Virus record (IMG/VR): IMGVR_UViG_3300033148_002840
Location: 1 to 54,369 of that record
Length of the DNA stretch: 54,369 nt
Source: a virus
Lineage: Duplodnaviria > Caudoviricetes
Strand: one strand, 5' to 3'
A model generated the notes under the pieces. The model made no database searches. It worked only from the letters and a program-made list of their open reading frames with translations, and had not been told where the DNA came from. The position numbers and the translations under genes are program-made. Position 1 is the stretch's first letter. Each line of letters opens with the position of its first letter. Positions 1-7,547 of the stretch are shown piece after piece.

Positions 1-114
1 ATGGGGAGAGAGTTTCATTTGTTATGTCGGATGATCAGGAGGTAACATACGAGAAAGATGTTTGGTCACGCCGCTTTCCCCGTGGGTCTCACGAGGACCC
101 GCGCCTCTCAGTTT
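1..114. repeat. Terminal direct repeat, copy 1 (circular overlap)
   Basis: Identical to 54256-54369. Confidence 0.97.
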
Positions 115-335
115 TTGCCAGCTACGACGCAGCCCTGACCTTTGCAGAAGGGTTTGGTAACTACATGTTCACTAAACTTGTCTACAATGCAGATACTTAT
201 GTTTGTTGGGAGATTTGGCTTTGTGATTATGAGAAGACAGGGAGTTCTCCATCGGCGCGTCCTAAAGGCACCATCCGAACACCAGCCGTGCGACTCGTCC
301 AATGCAAGCTTTCGGGCCCCTCTTGGAATGGTTAA
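24..335 (+). CDS. C-terminal part of the junction-spanning protein that starts at 53730
   Basis: LSVF..WEIWLCDY..GTIRTPAVRL repeats LSVF..HEIWLCDY..GTIRTSAVRL in the 53730 segment. Confidence 0.85.
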   Translation: MSDDQEVTYEKDVWSRRFPRGSHEDPRLSVFASYDAALTFAEGFGNYMFTKLVYNADTYVCWEIWLCDYEKTGSSPSARPKGTIRTPAVRLVQCKLSGPSWNG

Positions 336-368
336 GATTCTTACACGATGCGATAAAGGAGACCAATT

Positions 369-641
369 ATGAGCACCGAAAACGTACCAACCAAACGATG
401 TGATCGGTGTGGAGTTATGGAGACCAAACTTCGAGATGTGGTAAGTGTAGAATTAGTCCTCTCAATACATTCTGGGTACCAAGATGGAACTATTCCCATT
501 AAGAAGGCTCTTGATCTCTGCGCGAAGTGCCGGAGGCGCTTGGATAGTTTTGTCGCTCGTGCACTGGAGACTCCTTCACTCGATAAAATGCCCCCCATCG
601 AGGGGCCTAAATTAGTGGAGACTAATGATGACCACGAATAA
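369..641 (+). CDS. Hypothetical Zn-finger protein
   Basis: AAGGAGAC-N5-ATG; CDRC and CAKC pairs. Confidence 0.75.
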   Translation: MSTENVPTKRCDRCGVMETKLRDVVSVELVLSIHSGYQDGTIPIKKALDLCAKCRRRLDSFVARALETPSLDKMPPIEGPKLVETNDDHE

Positions 642-957
642 ACAGCAGGAGGCAATTACTAATTGCATAAGGCGGGTAGCGAAGGTCGATGACCGTTATC
701 TGCGGACCCTAGAGACGCGGTATCTCATAGAACTGCGCTCCCTGCTTTGGGATTTAATTGTGCAGATTGGTGGCCCCCATCAGCCCGCCAAATCTGCACC
801 ACCAACCAAGGCTGAGCAGATTCAGGAGCGTATCAAGCGGATCACGGTCGCAGATGACCGGTATCGTGTAACTCACGCCGAGCACCACCTAGCTCGTCTC
901 CGGGCTGAAATGTGGGACTTGCTCTATCTGCTCCAAAATGAGGACTGCAATGCCTAA
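625..957 (+). CDS. Hypothetical protein with an internal duplication
   Basis: Two copies of I.R....DDRY.......L..LR...WDL. Confidence 0.75.
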   Translation: MMTTNKQQEAITNCIRRVAKVDDRYLRTLETRYLIELRSLLWDLIVQIGGPHQPAKSAPPTKAEQIQERIKRITVADDRYRVTHAEHHLARLRAEMWDLLYLLQNEDCNA

Positions 958-1339
958 TATAGCACGGTGGGATGATCCTGAGTTGACGGTAAAGGTGGCG
1001 TGGGCGATGGGCGTTGAAGCAGCAGCAGTGAAGGCCGGGGCCAAAAAGGGCCGATTGAACCGGCCTGCAAGATACAGCGATTTCTACATGGCATTGATAG
1101 CGCGAAATGAAGAGCCCTCGCCTATTGCTTCTAGGACATTGTTGTTGGAACGGTTGTTTAGGAACTTCTACAATGGTTGGCAGGCTGAGCGGTCGGAAAT
1201 GCTCGAAGAACATATTGCTCAGACGCTTAGCAACGCCATGCACCATGCGTGCATTGAAGCCGGCCCGACCGAGCGGGTATTCGAGGAGTTCACCGAGAGG
1301 CTGAACCTCGATGGTTGGTTCGTCGGGGCGAGCGAATAA
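950..1339 (+). CDS. Hypothetical protein
   Basis: GAGGA RBS, ATG 950, coupled to neighbours. Confidence 0.65.
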   Translation: MPNIARWDDPELTVKVAWAMGVEAAAVKAGAKKGRLNRPARYSDFYMALIARNEEPSPIASRTLLLERLFRNFYNGWQAERSEMLEEHIAQTLSNAMHHACIEAGPTERVFEEFTERLNLDGWFVGASE

Positions 1340-1349
1340 GGAGAGCGAA

Positions 1350-1595
1350 ATGGACCCCAAGCAAGATATAGCAGAGATTCCTGAGCTACGGTGTGTAGCA
1401 GATCGCATCAGTACCCAATTGGCTATCACTGAGCGGATCGTCGGCGTTATCGCCAAGCGATTGCCTACTCATGTAATCCCAACAGAGCCCGGAAATAATC
1501 CCGACTTGAACACGCTTGCAGGTGTCCTGGAGGATGTCGAGTCGCGCTTTCGTGCCTTGATTGATGAGCTGGAAGGAATGAGTCAGGTAGTTTGA
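1350..1595 (+). CDS. Hypothetical coiled-coil protein
   Basis: AAGGAG RBS, ATG 1350. Confidence 0.65.
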   Translation: MDPKQDIAEIPELRCVADRISTQLAITERIVGVIAKRLPTHVIPTEPGNNPDLNTLAGVLEDVESRFRALIDELEGMSQVV

Positions 1596-1604
1596 TAAGG
1601 GAGC

Positions 1605-1805
1605 TTGATAATGTCTGATGCACAAGTACGAGCTGTGGTCTTAGGAATGAAGATGGGCGAGGAGCTTTTTCGTGGGGCTCGCCGAAATGCCGCGAGCATT
1701 GAAGCGACTCGAAACGATTCAGACCGCTGTGATGAAGGTCAACCGATTGCGCCGGGAGTGGGGGGTGCTCAAGACGCAAGCGGCGGAGAAGAAGACACGC
1801 AGTAG
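1605..1805 (+). CDS. Hypothetical protein
   Basis: AAGGGAG RBS; fills the gap before the RNA genes. Confidence 0.5.
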   Translation: MIMSDAQVRAVVLGMKMGEELFRGARRNAASIEATRNDSDRCDEGQPIAPGVGGAQDASGGEEDTQ

Positions 1806-1824
1806 CTCTTTGACATGTGAATAT

Positions 1825-1965
1825 GCGGCGGCGGCGTGAATAGACGACGGTAAAGTGGATAATCCGTCCTAGGTGTTCGCGGGCGTTCAGTGGGGTACAA
1901 GCGAGTCACCGCATTGCCCACCAAGAGCCGAGCCGTTTGAGCTGGGTCGCGACCAGCCCGCCGCA
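1825..1965 (+). ncRNA. tRNA-like RNA with an 80-nt insertion replacing the anticodon loop
   Basis: Acceptor GCGGCGG/CCGCCGC; D arm CGT-GAATAG-ACG; stem ACGGT(1847-51)/GCCGT(1932-36); 4-nt variable region; T arm GCTGG-GTCGCGA-CCAGC. Confidence 0.7.
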
Positions 1966-1981
1966 TTTGAAAAGTGAATGT

Positions 1982-2052
1982 GCCCCGCTGGTGCAAGGGC
2001 AGCATCTCAGCCTTTCGAGTTGAGGATGTAGGTTCGAATCCTACGCGGGGCA
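1982..2052 (+). tRNA. tRNA-Glu (TTC)
   Basis: Acceptor GCCCCGC/GCGGGGC; D stem GTGC/GCAT; anticodon arm TCAGC-CTTTCGA-GTTGA; T arm GTAGG-TTCGAAT-CCTAC; no encoded CCA. Confidence 0.9.
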
Positions 2053-2067
2053 GTAAAGGAGTTCAAT

Positions 2068-2331
2068 ATGCGATACCTCCCAATCCTGCTAATCCTGGCC
2101 GTCCTGGGAATCGGGGCGAGTTTACCCACCAGCACTCAGCCGGGCGTAATTGTTGGGGGCTGCTTGCTCCCAGAGCCTGCGGGCAACCAGATACTTGATC
2201 TACACTTTGACGTGTCGGGAACGTACATAACGGGCTGGACTCTACGAAATAGATTCGACGCCGATAGGGATGGGGATGTGGACCTAGAGGACTACGCGGC
2301 GTTTGCTGCGGCTTTTACGGGACCGAAATGA
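2068..2331 (+). CDS. Secreted small protein with a C-terminal dockerin/EF-hand-like motif
   Basis: Signal peptide MRYLPILLILAVLGIGA; ends DADRDGDVDLEDYAAFAAAFTGP. Confidence 0.75.
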   Translation: MRYLPILLILAVLGIGASLPTSTQPGVIVGGCLLPEPAGNQILDLHFDVSGTYITGWTLRNRFDADRDGDVDLEDYAAFAAAFTGPK

Positions 2332-2537
2332 CAGGGGATTATCCAGAATTACACCGAAAAGCATACATCTGTGCTGACGGGGGCGTCGCTCAGTTTATAC
2401 CAGTTTGTCCAATATGTGCACGATTTGTTAAAGCTGATCTCCAGGTATGGATGAACGAGCACGGCGAAGTGCGAATGCCAAATGCCACTTGTTCTCGCTG
2501 CGGTCGGGTGAATATGCCTTTTGAGGGATACTTCTAA
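2328..2537 (+). CDS. Zn-ribbon protein
   Basis: CPIC and CSRC; ATGA overlap with upstream gene. Confidence 0.7.
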   Translation: MTGDYPELHRKAYICADGGVAQFIPVCPICARFVKADLQVWMNEHGEVRMPNATCSRCGRVNMPFEGYF

Positions 2538-2560
2538 CCGAACTTTACGGGAGCGAAATA

Positions 2561-2752
2561 ATGACCACTCGTGAACTGAAACGTGCGATACGCAGACATA
2601 TGACGACGGCCAGGCAGCACGCTAGGATCGCAGCCGATTTACAAGACGGCGTGCCTGATCCAGATCACAACATACCAGACGATATATACTACGCATGGCG
2701 AGATATGGTTGACCGTTGCGATGCCTGCCACTCCTGGTGGAAGAACGCATAG
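2561..2752 (+). CDS. Hypothetical protein
   Basis: GGGAG RBS. Confidence 0.6.
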   Translation: MTTRELKRAIRRHMTTARQHARIAADLQDGVPDPDHNIPDDIYYAWRDMVDRCDACHSWWKNA

Positions 2753-2790
2753 CCGCCGCGGCTGACGAAAGCGATAAAGGAGCCCCCATA

Positions 2791-2862
2791 GTGGACCTTA
2801 CTCTACTGTTAGTTGTGATAGTAATCGCGTTGTGTTTTATAGATTGGTTTCAAGGAGGTTAG
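2791..2862 (+). CDS. 23-aa single-TM peptide
   Basis: AAGGAG RBS, GTG start, MDLTLLLVVIVIALCFIDWFQGG. Confidence 0.45.
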   Translation: MDLTLLLVVIVIALCFIDWFQGG

Positions 2863-2865
2863 CAG

Positions 2866-3072
2866 ATGATGATAGAGAATCGCGGTCAACCAATCAGGGG
2901 ATCATGCTTTTTCCGTGATTTCTGCGCTCATTGCGGCGAGCCCATGCGAGTCAAGAAAAGCGCCTTGGGCTGTAAGAATTACTGTCAGGATTGTAACGGT
3001 CTACCTGCCGCCCCGGCTCACACGGGTCTCTGCCAACGGCAACGGTATAAATTGGGCCATACTGATGGATGA
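2866..3072 (+). CDS. Zn-finger protein, paralog of 3830-4072
   Basis: AAGGAGG RBS; CAHCGEPMRVK..CQDC. Confidence 0.7.
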   Translation: MMIENRGQPIRGSCFFRDFCAHCGEPMRVKKSALGCKNYCQDCNGLPAAPAHTGLCQRQRYKLGHTDG

Positions 3073-3094
3073 TTAGAAAGGAAGGAGTCTAACG

Positions 3095-3382
3095 ATGGCA
3101 ACGATGGTTGACGTAGAGAAGCTGAAAGGGCGAATGGAGGATAGCCCTGCGTACCGACTCGGCGGTGTACTGCTTCCAAAAAGTCTGCTGTTCTGGATCG
3201 ACGAACTCGCCGTCGAAGTGCTGGGCACGCCCGACGTGCTGAGGGAGTCAAGCAACCAAACAATTATAGAGGCTCTACACGTTCTGAACGATGAGGTGGC
3301 AACTCGGCTAGGCGTAAAAATCATGGTGGACACATACGACGTACTCCAGGCGAAGAAGGAGAATCACGATGGCATGGCCTAA
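3095..3382 (+). CDS. Hypothetical protein, paralog of 3511-3837
   Basis: Shared MA.MVD.EKL, TPDVL.E and LQAKKE blocks. Confidence 0.75.
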   Translation: MATMVDVEKLKGRMEDSPAYRLGGVLLPKSLLFWIDELAVEVLGTPDVLRESSNQTIIEALHVLNDEVATRLGVKIMVDTYDVLQAKKENHDGMA

Positions 3383-3527
3383 GAGGGTGTGCCGTTGGCT
3401 GGCCTACAAGCTTCCTTGGTGCGTGGTCGAAAAAGCATATAACCGCTGGATGGGTTGCGGCGACCACAGTTGGGCGGATAAGTATTACGAGCCGGACTCG
3501 GAGAATCACGATGGCAAAGATGGTTGA
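3369..3527 (+). CDS. 52-aa hypothetical protein
   Basis: GGAG RBS, MAWPKRVCRWLAYKLPW...; flanked by a 17-bp direct repeat. Confidence 0.55.
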   Translation: MAWPKRVCRWLAYKLPWCVVEKAYNRWMGCGDHSWADKYYEPDSENHDGKDG

Positions 3528-3837
3528 TGCAGAAAAGTTGCAAAGGTTAATCCAAACGCTGAGCCTGCCACCTACTTGGGAGGGTCGGCGGTACATTTTC
3601 ACATATGTTGTGGCAAATGCTATCGACCGCCTCTCTGTTGAAGTGCCCGACACGCCCGACGTGTTGGGGGAGTTAAAGAAGTGGCTGGATGCAGAGGTGG
3701 CTCATTCGTATGAGGTGGCTGCTCGTAATAATGACCCACTGAAGGATTATTGGAAAAGCCGAATAGATGGTTTGCTCGGTGCGCGTACCAAACTGGCCGA
3801 ACTCCAGGCGAAGAAGGAGGAACCCGCTAATGGCTAA
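3511..3837 (+). CDS. Hypothetical protein, paralog of 3095-3382
   Basis: Shared motifs as above. Confidence 0.75.
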   Translation: MAKMVDAEKLQRLIQTLSLPPTWEGRRYIFTYVVANAIDRLSVEVPDTPDVLGELKKWLDAEVAHSYEVAARNNDPLKDYWKSRIDGLLGARTKLAELQAKKEEPANG

Positions 3838-4072
3838 AGGAATCACCCCCGCGTTGATAGCAAAGTACGGAGAGCCAGGGAGCATAATCCCTGGAACAAA
3901 GCACAGGCGAGCCTACTGCGGTGTTTGTGGAGAGCCCATTCGCATTAAGGCGCGGGGCCGTTATAGTCATGGAACCTGCGATCGGTGCATGGGAATGCGA
4001 CCGCGAACTCGTACGAGCACAGACCCCCGACGACAGGGTGATTCTAGTCACCGTGTTGTTGCGTCATTTTAA
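3830..4072 (+). CDS. Zn-finger protein, paralog of 2866-3072
   Basis: AAGGAGG RBS, ATG 3830; CGVCGEPIRIK..CDRC. Confidence 0.7.
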   Translation: MAKGITPALIAKYGEPGSIIPGTKHRRAYCGVCGEPIRIKARGRYSHGTCDRCMGMRPRTRTSTDPRRQGDSSHRVVASF

Positions 4073-4083
4073 GGAGACTACAG

Positions 4084-4347
4084 ATGGGAATGTTAGTTCT
4101 ATCACGCTACCCGAATACCCCCCGTGATCTACTAGAAATGGAGTGCTCGGATGGAACCAAAATCGAGGTCCGGGTCTTAGAGGCGTTCGATGGTGGAAAA
4201 GGCGTAAAGGTTGGGATTACGGCGCCCAAGACCTGCGCCATCTATCGGTCTGAGGTACCAGAGTCTCGAAGAAAGCGCCCGCAGGCCGCAAAGGGCATCC
4301 GTGTGTTTCGTGTTAGGGTGCCTAATGGCGCGGGGGGCAAGACATGA
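4084..4347 (+). CDS. csrA: CsrA/RsmA-family translational regulator
   Basis: MLVLSR...IEVRVLE...VKVGITAPK..AIYRSEV matches the CsrA pattern (MLVLSR..I.V.V....V..GI.AP....V.R.E). Confidence 0.85.
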   Translation: MGMLVLSRYPNTPRDLLEMECSDGTKIEVRVLEAFDGGKGVKVGITAPKTCAIYRSEVPESRRKRPQAAKGIRVFRVRVPNGAGGKT

Positions 4348-4670
4348 AATGGTCATATAAAGTTGTAATGACACCCTATTCCGATGGCGACTACTGCGTC
4401 AACTGGGGTGAAAAGGAGTTCAATGGACCGAAACTTCGATCCCATTGTGGGCAACCAGAGGTCCAATGTTCCGATGAGGTGGCAAATCAGATCATTGCGA
4501 TTCCGCTATTGTTGGCGGCATGTCGGCGATATATCAAGTGGCAAGATGAGTTGAACGCTGAGCGCCGCCCCCCATTGCCATTGTGCGACTGTGGAAAATG
4601 TACGCTTTGTCAAATGCGAGAGGCGGTTGCCGTCGCTGATGAGGAAGCAAAGGAGAAATCAGGTGAGTAA
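4344..4670 (+). CDS. Hypothetical protein
   Basis: ATGA overlap; IIAIPLLLAAC resembles AAAPDLLAAC in 52619-52894. Confidence 0.7.
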   Translation: MKWSYKVVMTPYSDGDYCVNWGEKEFNGPKLRSHCGQPEVQCSDEVANQIIAIPLLLAACRRYIKWQDELNAERRPPLPLCDCGKCTLCQMREAVAVADEEAKEKSGE

Positions 4671-5157
4671 TACAACGTGGTTTTCATCGCACTATCTGGA
4701 ACGAGGCCACTATGATCTTATGTGCGTTAAGTGTGGTGACATTTTTTATCGCTTCGAGGGGGATTTCCCACCTTTATGCCCTAGGTGTGGGTATGCTGGC
4801 AATAAGGAGAAAAAAGACATGACTGAGAAATGGTATCTCAACGAACCCCGGGTTTTACGCCTGTATGAGGTTGTTTGCGCAGACTGCAATAAACGTTATA
4901 GAACTCCGGTAAGCAATGCGTTACCCAATGCGTGCCCTTATTGCGGGTATATGGGTCCCCCAACTATTACACAAGAGGAGTACGTAGAACTCACGTTGAT
5001 ACAGGCCATAAGAAAGGCTTGTGGGGCCCCCCACATTAACCTACGTAAAAAACTACGTGAGCGTGAACTGCTTGCTTATGATTTTGGCGCCCTCAATCTT
5101 ACACGAAAGGGTAAGGAAGCTTTAGAAGCATGGGAGCGCACCCATGAGAAATCCTAA
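4663..5157 (+). CDS. Protein with two Zn ribbons and a winged-helix-like tail
   Basis: AAGGAG RBS, GTG 4663; CVKC..CPRCGY and CADC..CPYCGY; LTRKGKEAL. Confidence 0.7.
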   Translation: MSNTTWFSSHYLERGHYDLMCVKCGDIFYRFEGDFPPLCPRCGYAGNKEKKDMTEKWYLNEPRVLRLYEVVCADCNKRYRTPVSNALPNACPYCGYMGPPTITQEEYVELTLIQAIRKACGAPHINLRKKLRERELLAYDFGALNLTRKGKEALEAWERTHEKS

Positions 5158-7537
5158 CTGTACGAAATGCGATCTACACAAAGGTGCCCACACCCCCTGT
5201 CTTTGGGGTCGTGGTGATCCCGGTGGTGTCATCATCTTCGGACAAAATCCCGGTGCCGTTGAGGACCGCGAGGGCAGCGTTTTCATTGGGCGGTCTGGTA
5301 AGCTTCTCGATATGTATCTAAAGGTGTCGAGGCTTGATAAGCATCCCGTCTATATCTCGAATGTCGTGAAGTGTTTGACGCCTGAAAATCGGCCGCCATC
5401 TGGCGCTGAGTGCAAAGCTTGTCGGGAGTATGGGGCCGAAGAAATCGAGCAGTGTAAGCCGCGGGCGATTTTGTGTTTGGGGCGGGTCGCCGCAGAGAGC
5501 ATCCTAGGGAGGAATATCGGGCCACTGTCAGCAGCCAGGGGGCAGCGCTATGATCTAAATGGGGTTCCACTATTGGTTACTTATCATCCCGCGTTTTTGA
5601 TGAGGCCGCAGGGGCGACGACTGGTTGATGAGGTTACTGAGGACTATCGGAGAGTGGAGGCGCTGCTTTCTGGGACGTTGCCGGAGGGAGACGCGGAGAT
5701 TGTTCCAGCGTGGGAAATGGACCCCGTTGAGCTTATGGGTGCGAAATCTCTAGTTGTGGATATTGAGACTACATGCTTAAATCCCCGAGAGGCTGGGGCC
5801 AGTATTTTACTCGTTGGGGTTGCAAACATCAATAAACCACGACGAGTGTTTGGCTTTCTTCCTTATTGTCCTCAACATGCTAAAGATGGAGAACTTTGGG
5901 TTAAGAAGATTCTTGAAGGCGCATATACGATCATCGGCCACAACCTAAAGTTCGACGCCAGTTGGCTGAAGATTCATTGGGGAATTGACCTGTTTAGCAA
6001 GGAATGGTTTGATACCTATTCGGCATGTGGGCTCATCTTTCCAGAGTCGCCGAGCCTCAGTCTCAAGGTAATCGGTCCAACTGTAACCGGAATTCCGTAT
6101 GATGAGACCCTAAAGGACTTTGATCCGGGGGACACAGCGAATCTGGAAAGACTCCTAAGTTACTGTGGCAAAGACGTTTACATCACTGGACTGGTGCACG
6201 ATTGGTGTCAACTGCGGTTGGCTAAGCGGAAGCCACTATTGGATTTCACACAAGAGTTGACGAGAACTGTCGCTAAGATGCAGCTATTGGGGGTGAGGAT
6301 TGACCCCAAGGCATTTGAGTCATTGGCTGTGGCAGTGCATAATAGACTGGATACTGCTGCTGAGGCTCTCGGTAAGATTCCGAATGATTTTGATGTCGGC
6401 CTCAAGCAGAAGAAGGATGGAAGTTGGGGGCTATCGACCAAGAAAACCTATGAGTATATCTTTTCGATACTTGGGCTACCAGTGGTGAAGTTGACGGCGA
6501 AGCGCAAACCATCGCTTGACGATGAGGCGCGTAGTGAACTGGAGGCGCTTGACCCCACGGGGTTTGTTAAACAGTATGGCACTTTTCGGAAGGCACAGAA
6601 GCTACTGGGTACTTATATTTTGGGGATTCAGAAGCATACCACGCTGCCACGATTGTACCCCGAGTTCCATATCGTTAAGGGAGATCGTGGGGGCACCGTA
6701 TCCGGCCGCATTACGGTTACAAAACCCGCCATACAGACTACCCCACGGGATGACCCTGAATTGGCCAAGCGTTTCAAGAATATTTATGTGGCCAGAACGC
6801 CAGGGAACCTGGTGATAAATGCTGACCTTGCGCAGATTGAACTGAGGATAGCTGCTGATCTCGCGAACGATGAAGCGATGCTTGCAATCTTTCGGAATGG
6901 GAGAGACCCCCATAAAGAGGCCGCGGCAAAGCTCTTTGGGGTTTCCTTCGATGAAGTTACAGATGGAATGCGGCAACGAGGAAAAACCGCCAACTTTCAG
7001 ATCATTTATGGGTGCTCTGCGTATGGGCTACAAACGGAATTGGCTAAGGCGGGCATTGTAGAATCTGTGCCATCTTGCCAAGATATCATTGACCGATGGT
7101 ATGCGGAATTTCCTGACATTAAAGCGTGGCAGGAAGAGTGGTTAGCTCGAGCGAGAGTAACTAAGCGCGTAACGACACCGCTAAAGCGCGTGCGAACCGT
7201 ACCTAATATCGCAGCGCATGGGCCTGCCGGTAGACACGAGGAACGAGAGGCGTTGAACTTTCCGATTCAGGGCGGGGCGACAGAGGTTTCGAACGTGGGA
7301 CTCATCTTAGTTGAACAGATGCCGAAAGAACCCCATGAACTTTCTCCTATGTTCGTGGTGTACGATTCGATCGTGTTTGATGTAGGGAGTGCTGACGAAG
7401 AAAGGGCTACCCTACTTGCATCTGGAATTGAGACACTTTTCTCTAGAGATGTTCCCCAGTATCTCACGGATAAGTTCGGTTGGAAACTAAAGGCCCCTAT
7501 CGTAATGGACGTTGAGATCGGAGACTGTTGGGCGTAG
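5144..7537 (+). CDS. polA: Family A DNA polymerase with N-terminal family-4-like uracil-DNA glycosylase and 3'-5' exonuclease domains
   Basis: UDG: CxxC, GQNPG, FIGRSG, NVVKC..NRPP..C, TYHPA. Exonuclease: DIET, HNLKFD, YCGKD. Polymerase: DLAQIELR, RQRGKTANFQIIYG, NFPIQG, VYDS. Confidence 0.95.
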   Translation: MRNPNCTKCDLHKGAHTPCLWGRGDPGGVIIFGQNPGAVEDREGSVFIGRSGKLLDMYLKVSRLDKHPVYISNVVKCLTPENRPPSGAECKACREYGAEEIEQCKPRAILCLGRVAAESILGRNIGPLSAARGQRYDLNGVPLLVTYHPAFLMRPQGRRLVDEVTEDYRRVEALLSGTLPEGDAEIVPAWEMDPVELMGAKSLVVDIETTCLNPREAGASILLVGVANINKPRRVFGFLPYCPQHAKDGELWVKKILEGAYTIIGHNLKFDASWLKIHWGIDLFSKEWFDTYSACGLIFPESPSLSLKVIGPTVTGIPYDETLKDFDPGDTANLERLLSYCGKDVYITGLVHDWCQLRLAKRKPLLDFTQELTRTVAKMQLLGVRIDPKAFESLAVAVHNRLDTAAEALGKIPNDFDVGLKQKKDGSWGLSTKKTYEYIFSILGLPVVKLTAKRKPSLDDEARSELEALDPTGFVKQYGTFRKAQKLLGTYILGIQKHTTLPRLYPEFHIVKGDRGGTVSGRITVTKPAIQTTPRDDPELAKRFKNIYVARTPGNLVINADLAQIELRIAADLANDEAMLAIFRNGRDPHKEAAAKLFGVSFDEVTDGMRQRGKTANFQIIYGCSAYGLQTELAKAGIVESVPSCQDIIDRWYAEFPDIKAWQEEWLARARVTKRVTTPLKRVRTVPNIAAHGPAGRHEEREALNFPIQGGATEVSNVGLILVEQMPKEPHELSPMFVVYDSIVFDVGSADEERATLLASGIETLFSRDVPQYLTDKFGWKLKAPIVMDVEIGDCWA

Positions 7538-7547
7538 GAGATTAACA

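Noticed and set aside
1-114. 114-bp end repeat as a biological terminal repeat
   Set aside because: It lies mid-gene with the frame continuing across it, so it is best explained as a circular assembly overlap.
1982-2052. tRNA as attP, or followed by a theta-type ribozyme
   Set aside because: No integrase was recognised, and an RBS and gene follow the tRNA immediately.
1974-2198. 74-aa ORF over the tRNA
   Set aside because: Overlaps tRNA-Glu and the better-supported 2068 gene.
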